A stretch of 64,000 nucleotides of DNA, from contig JBFLGF010000064.1 of the NCBI GenBank assembly GCA_050230475.1, forward strand, positions 1 through 64,000, given 5' to 3'. Position numbers and translations under genes: made by a program. Source of the DNA: Ancylonema sp. (taxonomy: Eukaryota). How positions within the stretch are numbered: the first letter of the stretch is position 1; every line of letters starts with the position of its first letter. The notes beneath the pieces are model-generated. The model saw only the letters and a list, made by a program, of their open reading frames with translations. It had not been told where the DNA came from and did not search any database. Of this stretch, positions 53,299 through 64,000 are shown piece by piece.

Positions 53299-54372
53299 GT
53301 GTACAGACACACCGTTCCACCCTTGTACTCCGAATGGCAGGGAACACCAATTCGAGACGCGGTCCCCATCACCCCTCGACACAATGTTCGCTTTAACTTT
53401 GGAGCTTTGCAACATGCACTTAACGTGTGGGATCCTTTTGTAGGAACCAGTTGTGCTGGGTTGACGATCGTCGTGAACGCCAACTACAAGTGCGGTGTCT
53501 ACATCAACAACGACAAAGATCCAAGCACGACACCCGGGACAACTGCCGTCCAGTGCAATTCGAGAATTCGACACCAGATTTCCTTATTTCACCACATTTC
53601 TCAGATTTCCAATGCTCATCTTGACGCGTTCATCGCGGACAAAGGACCTATCGAATACATTTTTGTAGGGTGGGAGTGCCAAATGGTGAGTAAGGTAGGG
53701 AACCACCAAGGGTACAAGGACGAACCCCACCCGTACTTCTTCGATCTCATCCGCTGCATTAACCACCTGATCAAAGTCCAGCCTTACCCACCCATCTTTG
53801 TCTTGGAGAACACTTACCCTTTCGACGACTTCCCGAAGGAAATCCAAGACACCACAGTCCTCATCAAGTCATTTCTCGGATACCCAGCAGTTTTCGATGC
53901 ATGCAGTGTTGGCACTAACGCTCACCGAGTACGATGCCTCTGGAAAAAAATCATACCACCTCATATCCTGGAGTTGGAAATACCCGCGGTTCCACCACTG
54001 AATCCCTTGGCCAAAATTACGGACCTGAACCATCGACCCACAAGTGTCACCACCAATGACACACCACCCCGCGCATTGGTCGATAAGATTGGACAACCAT
54101 GCAAGGCTATGCCCACCATTGTTTCTTACCCTAGCAATTTTCAGTACCGATATCAGGGAGGATCACCAGGCCCGGGTATGGTATACAACCTGCATTCAAA
54201 ACAATGGGAGACACCCAATATCTGGGAACGCGAAAGACTCATGGAATTTAAGGATGGCGATACGGCTGCTCCAGGCATCACCGTTAGTGCACGTTGCCAA
54301 CTCATTGGTCACACCATGAACAAGAACATGTTAGTATGGTTAGGCGGCATTCTTATGGCATCTCACAATTAA
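53299..54372 (+). CDS. C5 DNA-cytosine methyltransferase domain within Gypsy pol
   Basis: Ordered motifs: I VWDPFVG, IV IFVGWECQ (Cys at 53677), VI FVLENT, VIII AHRVRCLW, IX ERERLMEF, X RCQLIGHTMN. Confidence 0.88.
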   Translation: MYRHTVPPLYSEWQGTPIRDAVPITPRHNVRFNFGALQHALNVWDPFVGTSCAGLTIVVNANYKCGVYINNDKDPSTTPGTTAVQCNSRIRHQISLFHHISQISNAHLDAFIADKGPIEYIFVGWECQMVSKVGNHQGYKDEPHPYFFDLIRCINHLIKVQPYPPIFVLENTYPFDDFPKEIQDTTVLIKSFLGYPAVFDACSVGTNAHRVRCLWKKIIPPHILELEIPAVPPLNPLAKITDLNHRPTSVTTNDTPPRALVDKIGQPCKAMPTIVSYPSNFQYRYQGGSPGPGMVYNLHSKQWETPNIWERERLMEFKDGDTAAPGITVSARCQLIGHTMNKNMLVWLGGILMASHN

Positions 54373-54749
54373 CCCTCGTATATCGACACCCTTCCTCTGT
54401 CGGTTACATCACACCCTCGTTAGGAAACAGACCCCACCACTAAGACTATTGAGCGGGCGGGGGACACCTATCATACCCCCAAGCAGTACCATACACTGCA
54501 TTATGACACCAAGGAGCAGAAATTCTACAACAACCATGAATCAGCATTTACCCTGGATCCTGCTCAACAATAATATACGACCGGCGCCAGTCCTTTCACC
54601 CAAGAACTCCTTGCAGCTGCGGAAGGTAATTTGCCGGAGATTGAGAATGACCTTTTCGACCCCCCCGAAGAATTACCACCTACCACCGCGGAGAAAGAGT
54701 TCCAAAGGGAGATCGGTGACCATCTCACCCGGGCAAAAAAGGCCGAATT

Positions 54750-55300
54750 TTTAGCGTTGCTTGAATGAAATCGAGATTGCTTCGCATTTAGCCTTGAAGA
54801 ATTGGGAACTTCTAACAACACAGGTATGGAATTACCCCTCGAGACCATTGGATCCATCTTTTAGGGATCTCTCAAGCTCAGCCAGACAGAGTGGGACTTC
54901 GTGGAATCCAATTGCAAAAAGCTACATGACCTTGGCATGATTTGGCCTAGCTCAGGCAACACCAAGTATGCATCAGCCACAATGGTAGTCCGCAAAAAGG
55001 ACGAAGACGGACAAGACACATACTTCCGCCAATGTGGAGACTACGGACCTATCAACAGCCACACTGCATTGGATAGATACCCCCTACCCAAGATCGAAGA
55101 TGTTTTTGTTGAGATGCAGGACGCCAAGTCCTTCATTAAAATGGACCTGCGACAAGGATATCACCAGATCCCCATCAGGGAAGAGGTAAGGCAAAAATAG
55201 CATTCTGGGGGGCTAATTGGAAGCTCTGGGAGTGGAATGTGATACCCTATGGCCTAAAAAATGCACCACCTTTCTTTCAGCGCACCATGGACGCTATCCT
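54750..55300 (+). pseudogene. G1 reverse transcriptase, N-terminal half, truncated before YxDD
   Basis: YASATMVVRKKD, DYGPIN, YPLPKIED, DLRQGYHQI and AFWG..LWEWNVIPYGLKNAPPFFQR, with stops and a frameshift. Confidence 0.92.
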
Positions 55301-56840
55301 CACCAATGTTGATGGTGTATGCTTTCTTGGTGGTCCCCAAAGATTGTTGGTATTTGCCATCTGAAGTTACGTATTCTTTTCCAAGATCAAGGTCTTGTGA
55401 TGTAAGCTTGAGTTGTTTGGCAAATTTGGTACCAATGGTCACGTTCTCTGCACCTGAATCGAATATTGGTAGTGAATGTTTTTCTCCACCAATAGTGAGT
55501 ATGGCTTGACTGTTGTCAGCGGTTGGTTTATGCCAATTGGTTGTCAATCTGGCGTTGCAAATCACCGGTGGTTTGGTGATATGGTGTTTTGTGGTCCCAT
55601 TACAGAGAGTGCCATCGGTGGTTGTGACATCTCTACTTGTCGAGGGTAATCATGTGGTGGTGGTATGTCACCCTGAGGTGAGTCAAGTAACAGATTCCGT
55701 CGTCGTGGATAGTTGATCTTTGTATGTCCTGTTTGTCCACAAAAATAACATCGTAGTTCTTTTTCAATGACATCGTATGGTTCTTCAAAATCAGGTCTAA
55801 TTGGTGCCTGATGTGTTGTAGACTCGAGTGGTATCGAGGTACATGAAGGTGAGAGGTCTGGTTGGTTATTGATGGAATACTCTAGGTTGTGTTCAATCTT
55901 CGTGACTGTTGTAGTCGTTCGGAGCTTTGTCACAAGTTTTTCCAGCACTCGTTCAAGTTGTTCATCAGAAATGTGAGCAAATCTTGTCGGAATGTCCGAC
56001 CGAGGTGCCATAACTGTGTAAGCTGGTGGATCAACTTCTTCAGTCTTAGGCTGCGCGTATCGTATGAAAGCCAATGTAGCTTTCCACACCTCCTCTGCTT
56101 GAAGCAACTAAATGGTGAGATGACGAGGGATGTGCTCCTGCCACTCCTGCCTCCTGTATGTTTGTAACATCTGGTTGACATCTGTTTGTTCCCGCATATG
56201 AGGTGGTAGTAGGTGTACCATTTGGTTTTGGTCCTCAATCTGACTTTGAATGAGTCCCAGTTTGTAAAATCGACAATCTTGTCCCAGATCTGTTGTTATG
56301 GAAAGCATATATTTCTCTGATGTTAATTTGTTCAACATATATTCAATTTTTGATGCTCTTTCGACCCAATGTCCATGATTATAAACGTCTATTATTGAAT
56401 CGTGATATGAAAAGTGTATATCGTCAATGAAGTAGTAGTCAAGAAAGACAAAGGATGTACCAAAAAAAAAAAAACTGGTCACACTATTTGTTTCAAACTT
56501 TTAATTTATCGAAATCAAGGTCTTATGCGGTTGGATTGAAGTAGTATTTGCAGATTGAGTCTCTGCTGAGATACCAATATTATATCTATCACACGTCTCA
56601 GCGGTCTGGTGAGATTCACTACTTAACGCCGAGGGCGAGCTAACAGATGGTTTATAGCACAAAAGTCTGTGAAAATACTATAAAGCAAACAAGATAGTCT
56701 GGTGCAGACCAGCAAGGTTAGCAGCCGTAAGAGTTACTTTCGAAAGCAAAGTATCGACGGCGCGTCGATAAAAGATGCTGGCTCAGAAAGAGCGTCAGCA
56801 GACAGGTGTTTACAACAAATGCTGGCTCGGAGCGGGCGAC

Positions 56841-56884
<44 letters not shown>

Positions 56885-57688
56885 TAAAAGTGCCGGTTCG
56901 GAGCGAACGCGGGAAAATCGACAAATGTTTAAGACACACACGCACGCTTGCTGGCTTAGAGAGAGCGTCAGCGAATCGATGTAAGAAATTACAATCGATT
57001 ATCAAAGCTGGCTCAGAAAGAGCGACAGCCACAAATTTAGATGAATCAGATCAAATACACACACACACAGATTGCAAAGAATGATTTGCAATCTTACCGG
57101 CTGGCTGACGGATGTCAGGCTCAGTCGGGAGACGAGCACGTTGCGAAGTTGCGTAAGCGAAGGGATGCAATATTCAAAAAATTGCAAAGGATTCAGATTG
57201 CTGAAGATTATTGGAAGGGATTTCTTAACAGCGCAATCTGATAGCGGAAACTGGCAGATCTGAAAGTACAAATTTTCTTTTATCACAAAGTTGTTGCGCG
57301 GTGCTAATCGGCAAAGTTAACTAGAGTTAAAATGTCGAAGATCACGACAGGCTGGCTTCTATAACATTATAATTCATCTCGGCGCTCCGATGAAAGCGGC
57401 GCGAAATATTACTCTAGTTCTACGGCTAGATTTAATCGCCGGGATTATCGATTATCGACAAGTCGAAAGAGACTTAAACAAAATCGACACGCAGCTATTT
57501 GTTGAAGACTGCTGGATTCTAGACTTCGGAAAATACGCCACGCGCGTTATGTTCGAGTCGTACAAATTTCGTACTTCACTATTTCTCTAGCAAAGTACTA
57601 ATTCTAGAAAATCGTTATATCGAATACTCTCGTTATAGCAGAGTATTATTAGAAGGGTTTCGCATTAGCGATCTCTAGCGTCATGACA
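55297..57688 (-). mobile_element. Gypsy element G2, 5' portion only (LTR, gag, protease start), same family as G1
   Basis: LTR 57688-56567; gag with CYFCGQTGH knuckle (56107-55562); protease PIFDSGAENVTIG (55565-55300). Confidence 0.8.
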
Positions 57689-58345
57689 AGCCTCACACGC
57701 AATCCGCAATTACGTGCAACAAATTTCCCAGCCAAATTGCCCTAACAACACAGGCGCAATTTACCGTTATGTTCCGTGAATTGTTACAGCGAATCGCGTG
57801 GAACCTACACGAGTCTGACACCACGGCGTCCGAAATCCTAGACCGCTTGTGGGCCCATAACCTTTCATCGTTCGGTCGGCCAATTGCACTCGATACTCAG
57901 AATCATGCTACAACGTAAAGATGCTTTACCGCACGACAGGAGATTTGCTTGTGGAACAATTATTGTAAAAGTGTCATCGTCGGGAGTAAAATATCCCGAC
58001 GATCGTACAACGGACAAATTAGCTCAAATAATTTTCTATAGCCGACGGTCGGAACTCCGACCGTTGACCAATCACAAACTAGCGTCACATCAAAGATCTA
58101 CGGCAACTTGTCGGACTAAACTGACACCAATCATTATAGCCGATGGATGGATGATACCACCCTAGAGTCGTTCTGACATAAATAACGACTACAAGAGATT
58201 GACACGCCGTACACGTGTGGACACGTGCAAAGGCGGACGGATGCCCGGGTGTGGTGTACCCGGCTCCGTGCAACAAAAGACTTAGGCAATTATTCCGAAC
58301 TAGGCAATCAAGTCAAGTAGGCGCCTATCCGAACAATTCCTAACA
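57689..58345 (-). mobile_element. Copia-3: 5' LTR, PBS and start of 5' UTR, interrupted by G2
   Basis: Minus-strand LTR TGTTAGGAATTGTTCGGATAGG...ATGAAA (58345-57863); PBS 57862-57849; downstream leader similar to Copia-1 and Copia-2. Confidence 0.85.
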
Positions 58346-58651
58346 TCCTTAGCCATGGCAGTTGTGCCTTTAGTCAGATTCCGTTGTGTACTTAGCCGCC
58401 CTTGACTTAGTTATCCCACATTTTTCCTAGAGTCGGCTAGGGTCGACTTCCCTATATGTAGCCGATAGGAATGCCTCTAGAGAATTCCTATCAACTCATG
58501 TACTTGCACCTTGTTGTGCCTACCATATCAACGAAACCATTTTGATCATCGGCTCATTAGCCTCCTTCCTATCGGCTCTTTTCGCCATTGCCTTGTGTGT
58601 GCACTTGCAATTATAGATTGCTAGGAGTCCCATTATATTACACTCCTAACA
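58346..58651 (+). mobile_element. Partial LTR of the 20896-21310 family, inserted in G3 integrase
   Basis: Reverse-complement homology to 20896-21075; terminus TCCTAACA at 58651. Confidence 0.8.
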
Positions 58652-60020
58652 CAAATTCTCCTATGAACTCGTTGCCTTGATCTGTGATCACCTCTCTCGG
58701 TGCGCCATACGTGGACAAGATTTGAAAACAGCAAAGCCCACCTCGCCAACTTCCCCGATAACTTCTTTGTCGACAAGATCCACTTGATGGGCTCGTGGTC
58801 GGTCACTAGTGTTAACTTCTTCCCGATCACGTACTGTTTGAAGTGTGATGTTGCCCACACTGCACCCAAGCACTCCCCATAATAGTTATTTTCAGCTGGG
58901 TTCCAACTCCTGGTGGCATAGGCCACAACATAGTCCAGCCCCCGCTCGTCCTTCTGTCCTAGGACTGCCCTCGTCCCCTTCTGACTCCAGTCAATGGCAA
59001 GGTAGAAATGCTTGCTCCCACCTAGTCGCCTCAGCACTCTAGCCGAACACACCGCCTCCTTCACCTTCAGGAAGGCCTCCTTCCGTTCCCCCCCCCACTC
59101 CTAGACCTGTCCTTTCCGCAACAGCTTGTTGAGCGGCACAAACTTGCGATAGTAGCTGATAGCCCCAAAACTCCCCTGAACGAAGACAAGTCTGTAGGGG
59201 CGGGAAAATCCCTGACTGCCTTCACCTTCTCCTCTTGCGGTTGCAACCCTGCCGCAGTGATCCTGTGCCCCAGGTGGTCGATGCTCTCTACAACAAACAT
59301 ACACTTCCCCGGGTGCACCTTTAGCCCCGCTGATCTGAGTCGTCTAAAGAACACCTGCAGATGCCCCACATACACCTCTAGCGTGCAGCTCCACACGATG
59401 ATGTCATCGATGTAGCAACTTGCAAATGTCAGCCCCCCCATAATGTGGTCCATCCGGCGGTGAAAGTAAGGCGGCGCGTTCTTCAGTCCAAACGGCACCA
59501 CGCACCACTCCCACAGCATCCGCCTGGCTCCCCAAAATGCTGTCTTGGCACGATCCTCCTCCAGTAGTGGCATCTGATGGTACCCCGACCTCAGATCCAT
59601 CTTGCTGAAGATCTTGGCCCCCTTCATATCATCAAAGATGTCCTCTATCAATGGCAACGGGTACTTGTCGAGCGGCGTCAGCGCGTTGATCGGCCGGTAG
59701 TCCCTGCACTTTTTAAAGTCAGTGTAGTTCCCCTCATCGTCCTTCTTCTTCACTACCAGAGTAGCCGAGAAATACTTGGTCTGGCGTGATTTCCTGATGA
59801 ATTTCAGCATCTCCACCTTCTCGCACTGCTTCTCCACAAACTCCCACTCTTTCTCCCCTAGCTTGTGCGGCGGCTTGTACACTCTCCTCTCTGACACCAC
59901 CCCGATGATCATAGGGTCTCCCTTGAACTGCTCCAGATCCTCCATGCTGTAAGCAAATCGATCATTGTGCTCCCTCAGCAACTCCAGCACCAGCAATTGA
60001 TCCCTCTCCTTTAACCCCCC
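58652..60020 (-). pseudogene. Gypsy pol G3: RT, RNase H and integrase fragment
   Basis: RT 59996-59067 (DLRSGYHQ, PFGLKNAP, YIDD); RNase H 59064-58730 (LAIDWS, ECLGAVWA, LVTDH, LARWALL); integrase piece YGAPREVITDQGNEF after an internal deletion. Confidence 0.95.
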
Positions 60021-60814
60021 CCCAACCTTGATTTTTTTTTAAATTCTCAAAAAAATCAGGTTTTGGGTTTAAGGTCCCACCCTCGATCTCACTCCTACCC
60101 GTAAGTGTCTTCTACCATTCCTTCCAAACTTCCTTTGTTAACCTTTTTTTTTTTTTTTTTTTTTTTAATAATGATTTTTTGAAGTTTCCTGTGGGACCCC
60201 AACCGCCCCAATCCCAACCTCCCCCAACCGCTGCCTCCCCCCCAGAGCAGCCATCTGCAGCTCTGCAAACCTCTGTTCTGCTCCAAATTGAGGTTGCAAT
60301 GGTGCTAAAGAAAGCCCTTGCTCCCTTCTATGTTGTGTCAAACCCATAACATCCCCCCCCAAAACCCCTGCCAGTAAACCCAAATCGTGGGTTTAAGATC
60401 CGGCCACATCCATTTTACACTTCTAGTAGTAAAAAGGGCTGGAAATATTTAATTTTGAGTTGCTGGGTACATGGGATAGCTTATTGGAAACCCCTTCCCT
60501 ATCCTCACTACCATTTTGAAAAGCTACTACTGATTCCAAGACCCTAGGGTTCAACAACTGTTCTTCTAGAATCTGGCCAGAATTCTTTAACTTGTCGAAT
60601 TGCGGTTTAGAGTCGGCCGCCCGGAATGTTGTTCTTGACTTGTACTTGTCTCTGAATTGGGTTGGTTTCAATCATTGCTCTCTAACCTACTTCTGAATTT
60701 ATTGTTCACTAAGTTCTGGATGTTGATCATATCTTCATAATGTCACAATCTGATATCGATGACTGTTGGTCATGTCTCATAATGTCACAATCTAGTATTG
60801 TGCTGCTCTCACTG

Positions 60815-60958
60815 AGTAGTATTGCAGATTGAGTTTGTGATGAGATATCAATATTATATCTACCACACGTCTCGATGGTCTGGTGAAAATTCACTACTTA
60901 ACGTTGAGGGCAAGCTAACAGATGGTTTACAGTATAAAAGTCGTAGAAAATACTATAA
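60815..60958 (-). repeat. Second copy of the G2 LTR 3' end and leader, cut by N
   Basis: Close similarity to 56540-56685. Confidence 0.8.
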
Positions 60959-60959
60959 N

Positions 60960-62089
60960 ATCACCGGGGCAGCATATCAGGGATAGGCCTTTAAGGTTAG
61001 GTTCGGCCTAATTGAGAAAGAGCTGCATCGGTATGTCGTCGACTTCAACGGGAGGACGAGAAAACCTCGCCCGGCTGTTATTGAGCCGTTAACATCGGCA
61101 ACCGTCAATTCATTACCTAGTGATGTTGTAGCTCGAAGAGCTGTTGCTGATGCATACCAGTAGAGTGTTGATGCTAGAAATGTGCTTGTGGATGCTTGGG
61201 ATGCGCAAGATTTAAAGGCGTAGGCCTACATTGTCAGGTTCTTAGGTCCGTCAGAGCAGGCGCATGTTAGAGATTGTGATTACGCTTATGATATGTGGAA
61301 TAACCTTGCATCATTTTACGAAGTCCAAGGCGGTATTGAAGTAGCTAATGCCCTGGCTAAATTGAGTGCTACGGTAATGGGTGAGGTTGAGGACTTACAG
61401 GAGTTTGTCAAACGCCTGCAACTTATCCTTGGCGAGTTTTCGCATCTCAAGAAGCCCGTCAGCGAAGCCGACCAGGCCACCAACCTCATCAACTGCCTCA
61501 GCTCGCGCTACGACTCCATGGTGGAAGTCGTCCAGAGCTGGGCGGAGTCCCCAACCTATCTCTACACCATCCCCCACATCTCCTCGGCCTTGCAGCGGAA
61601 GGACACGAAGCTCATTGTCAGCGCGCGGAAGCGTGGAGAGCCTCTCGGCGGTCCGCAGGCTCATTATGGCGGATCAGGAGGAGCCGGACCTAGCGGCAGG
61701 CCCTAGCAAGGGCCAGATTTGAGCAACGTGCGCTGCCACGGTTGCTAGCAAATCGGCCACTACCGTACTAGCTGTCCGAACGGAGGGGGAGGTGGCCAGG
61801 CTCGAGGAGCTGGACTACAGAAGAAATGTCACAACTTCGGCGAGCCAAGCCACCTCATGCGAGACTTCCGACGACCACAGCGGCAAGACGGCTAGCAGTC
61901 TGGAGGGCAGGGACGACATCAAGGGGGGCCGCAGCAGTTTGGTAGAGGGCGAGGTGGAGGTCAGCAATACGGGAAGAATCGGCAGCAAGGAGGACAACAA
62001 GAGCAAAATGCCCTGTCGTGTACCTATTGCAAGCGACCCAGGCATGAGCATGAGGCCTGCACCGTTATGCGGCAAGATGCTGCAAGCCA
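60960..62089 (+). pseudogene. Copia-4 gag fragment between two Ns
   Basis: AFKVRFGLIEKELHR and MWNNLASFYEVQGGIEVANA are homologous to Copia-1 and Copia-2 Gag; three degenerate knuckles. Confidence 0.88.
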
Positions 62090-62090
62090 N

Positions 62091-63125
62091 ATCCTCCCCT
62101 CCACCAGACTTGGCAGCAAGCCAAACATTAGCAGTTCAGCGTCACGCGACATCTGCACCCTCTCCTGAGCAGTGGCAATGTCCCTTGCATCTGCCATGCT
62201 CATCTTAGGCAGTCCTTCCCCATCCCGCCTCTGCTCCTCTGCTCTTAGCTTCGGGCCGATGACCCGCCTCAACCCTCCCGACAGACAGTCCTCAGAAAGC
62301 ATGCCGCTTGACGTGCACTGACCATGTGCGGAACCAGGTTGACGGTGATTTTGGAAAGGTCCTCGTAAATCGAGTTAGCGGTCGCCCCTGGTGCTGGCCT
62401 AAAGTTCTAAAACTCCACCAACCATTCAGACCCACCGGTTGCAAAGCGTGTTCTCAATTTCTGGAAGAACCCCTCGAGATCAGGAGGTTCCGCTTGCACC
62501 GGCACAGCAGGATGTCCCAAGAGTCCGGATGTGAGCCGCATCAGCTGCCAACTCGCCTTCTGGCCGTAGTAAACGCGCCAGATCACTCTGACCGCATCCA
62601 CAACTTGCGCTATTGCCAAACCCGGGTTTTTAGGGTCAGTCGGGTTCAGCGACCAACGGTAATCGTCTGAGACTAGCTTGGCCTACCCCTCTACGTGGGC
62701 AGCCATCTTCTTTACGAACTCTCACTGTCCGTACTCCCCACTTCTTTTGAGAGTTCCTCTTTTCAGCCTCTCACATGTCTTTGACGTTCTGAATGAATTG
62801 CCACTGAGCCACCCCTCCTCCACCTAAATACTTTGGCACATCCAATGCGTTGTCCATCTGTGCCTCCTCCTCTAAACTCGCAAAATGCAATAAAGGATGA
62901 GCCGCAAACACACGTACCGGAGGTACAAAAGTCGGTGGTTGATACACAACAAGCTAAAGATTCGGCACTCTAGCCTCTCCCTTTGAGTTTACATAACCGT
63001 GAAAGTCAACCGATTTTGCCTTGGAACGAGACCTATCGCTCGACGATTCACTACCACCGGCTCCTCCCCCACTATCCACTGTCCGCACCAAACGTATGTT
63101 CTCATCGCGAGACTAGACAGACATG
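62091..63125 (-). pseudogene. Probable retrotransposon gag-like fragment
   Basis: Degenerate minus-strand frames (LEGFFQKLRTRF..; LPKMSMADARDIA) resembling a capsid region. Confidence 0.4.
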
Positions 63126-63245
63126 AATTACCTGACTCAAGACTGTCCTAAAACTACCACCTTGGGTTATCAGATCTGAACTATGCGTTGAAAATCTTGC
63201 TCAGGTTTTGAATTTTTTTCTTGCGTAGCATTACGCCAGAGTGAN

Positions 63246-64000
63246 ATGGCATTGGCTGACCACCTCTACATCGATCGATATGTCGACACCAAACAAAAGT
63301 CACTCAGTGCTTACCATTGGATGAGAAACACCGACTATACCAATCTTCGATTATGGCGCCGAAAATGTCACCATCGGTACCAAATTTTATAAACAGCTTA
63401 AGCTCACCTCACACGACCTTGACCCTCACGAATAATATGTACTTCGGATGGAAAATACCAACAATCTTTGGGAACCACAAAGAAGGCATCTACCATTACT
63501 ATCGAACATGGCAAGAACCAAACTCCGGTAAATGCCAAGCTCCACCTTACACCTTCCGACAAGTATGATGTTTTACTCGGAAGCACTCTCCTCGGACCGA
63601 TCGGAGATATTTTCATGGAGTCAACATTTTCACTACATGTTCGACTAGAACAAACAAGGAATACACCGTGCCTCGGTACCAATCAAGTATACTTTACCAC
63701 ATATAGCATCAATCCAGTGCCATTATATGGAAGATAAAGTTACATATACCTCGGCACATACCTTCATGCATATTCCAAACGAGGATTTGTTACATTCAAC
63801 AAAAGAGGAAGATGTTTTGACCGAACTTGAATTCCGACTCATGGAAGAAGAATTATACAGCGAACCACAAAACTATCGCGACGCACTAGTCGTCACCGAG
63901 TACCAACCTCACCTCAAAGAATGGGAAACCAACACCATGGTTTATTTGGAAACAACCAAACACTCCGACATACGTAAAGATCATCGACCACAAATCAATG
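63246..64000 (+). pseudogene. Gypsy G5 protease and post-protease linker (G1/G2 family), running off the window
   Basis: PIFDYGAENVTIGTKF is nearly identical to G2. TPSDKYDVLLG and KEWETNTMVYLETTKHSDIR match G1 SPSVKYSIFLG and QEWELDTIHYLATRKHSEIR. Confidence 0.85.

Larger units (their letters stand above)
43723..55300 (+). mobile_element. Ty3/Gypsy LTR retrotransposon G1 carrying a DNA methyltransferase; interrupted by Copia-2 and truncated in RT
   Basis: 5' LTR 43723-44820; gag ~45070-45655 resuming at 52155; protease (VLDTGS, ~52480); DNMT 53299-54372; Gypsy RT ~54750-55300 (YPLPKIED, KMDLRQGYHQIPI, PYGLKNAP). Confidence 0.88.

Noticed and set aside
56847..56882. His/Thr-repeat ORFs
   Set aside because: (CA)n microsatellite inside the G2 LTR.

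Overview
Eukaryotic genomic DNA, most likely a streptophyte plant or alga. This is inferred from GT-AG introns, plant-type genes and primer sites matching plant-type tRNAiMet. The window has two retrotransposon-dense blocks (1-6.6 kb and 43.7-64 kb) around a gene-containing middle. Host genes: an O-fucosyltransferase-family gene, a 4-exon ISCA2-type Fe-S assembly gene, a ~10-exon plant multi-pass membrane protein, and several orphan spliced genes. The main highlight is a Ty3/Gypsy LTR element whose pol carries a C5 DNA-cytosine methyltransferase domain between protease and RT (53299-54372); further members of the same family are present in the window. The second highlight is a JMJ13/JMJ706-like JmjC + C5HC2 demethylase remnant beside an orphan nuclear gene and a hAT-like terminus, possibly anti-silencing transposon cargo. 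A Ty1/Copia family is present as two near-complete copies and two fragments. It shows half-tRNAiMet priming, non-CA LTR ends, three Gag zinc knuckles, a conserved SIM-like integrase motif and a conserved 3'-UTR splice acceptor. All retroelement copies are degenerate. Single Ns at 60959, 62090 and 63245 mark probable assembly joins. Everything was read by eye, so coordinates can be off by a few bases.
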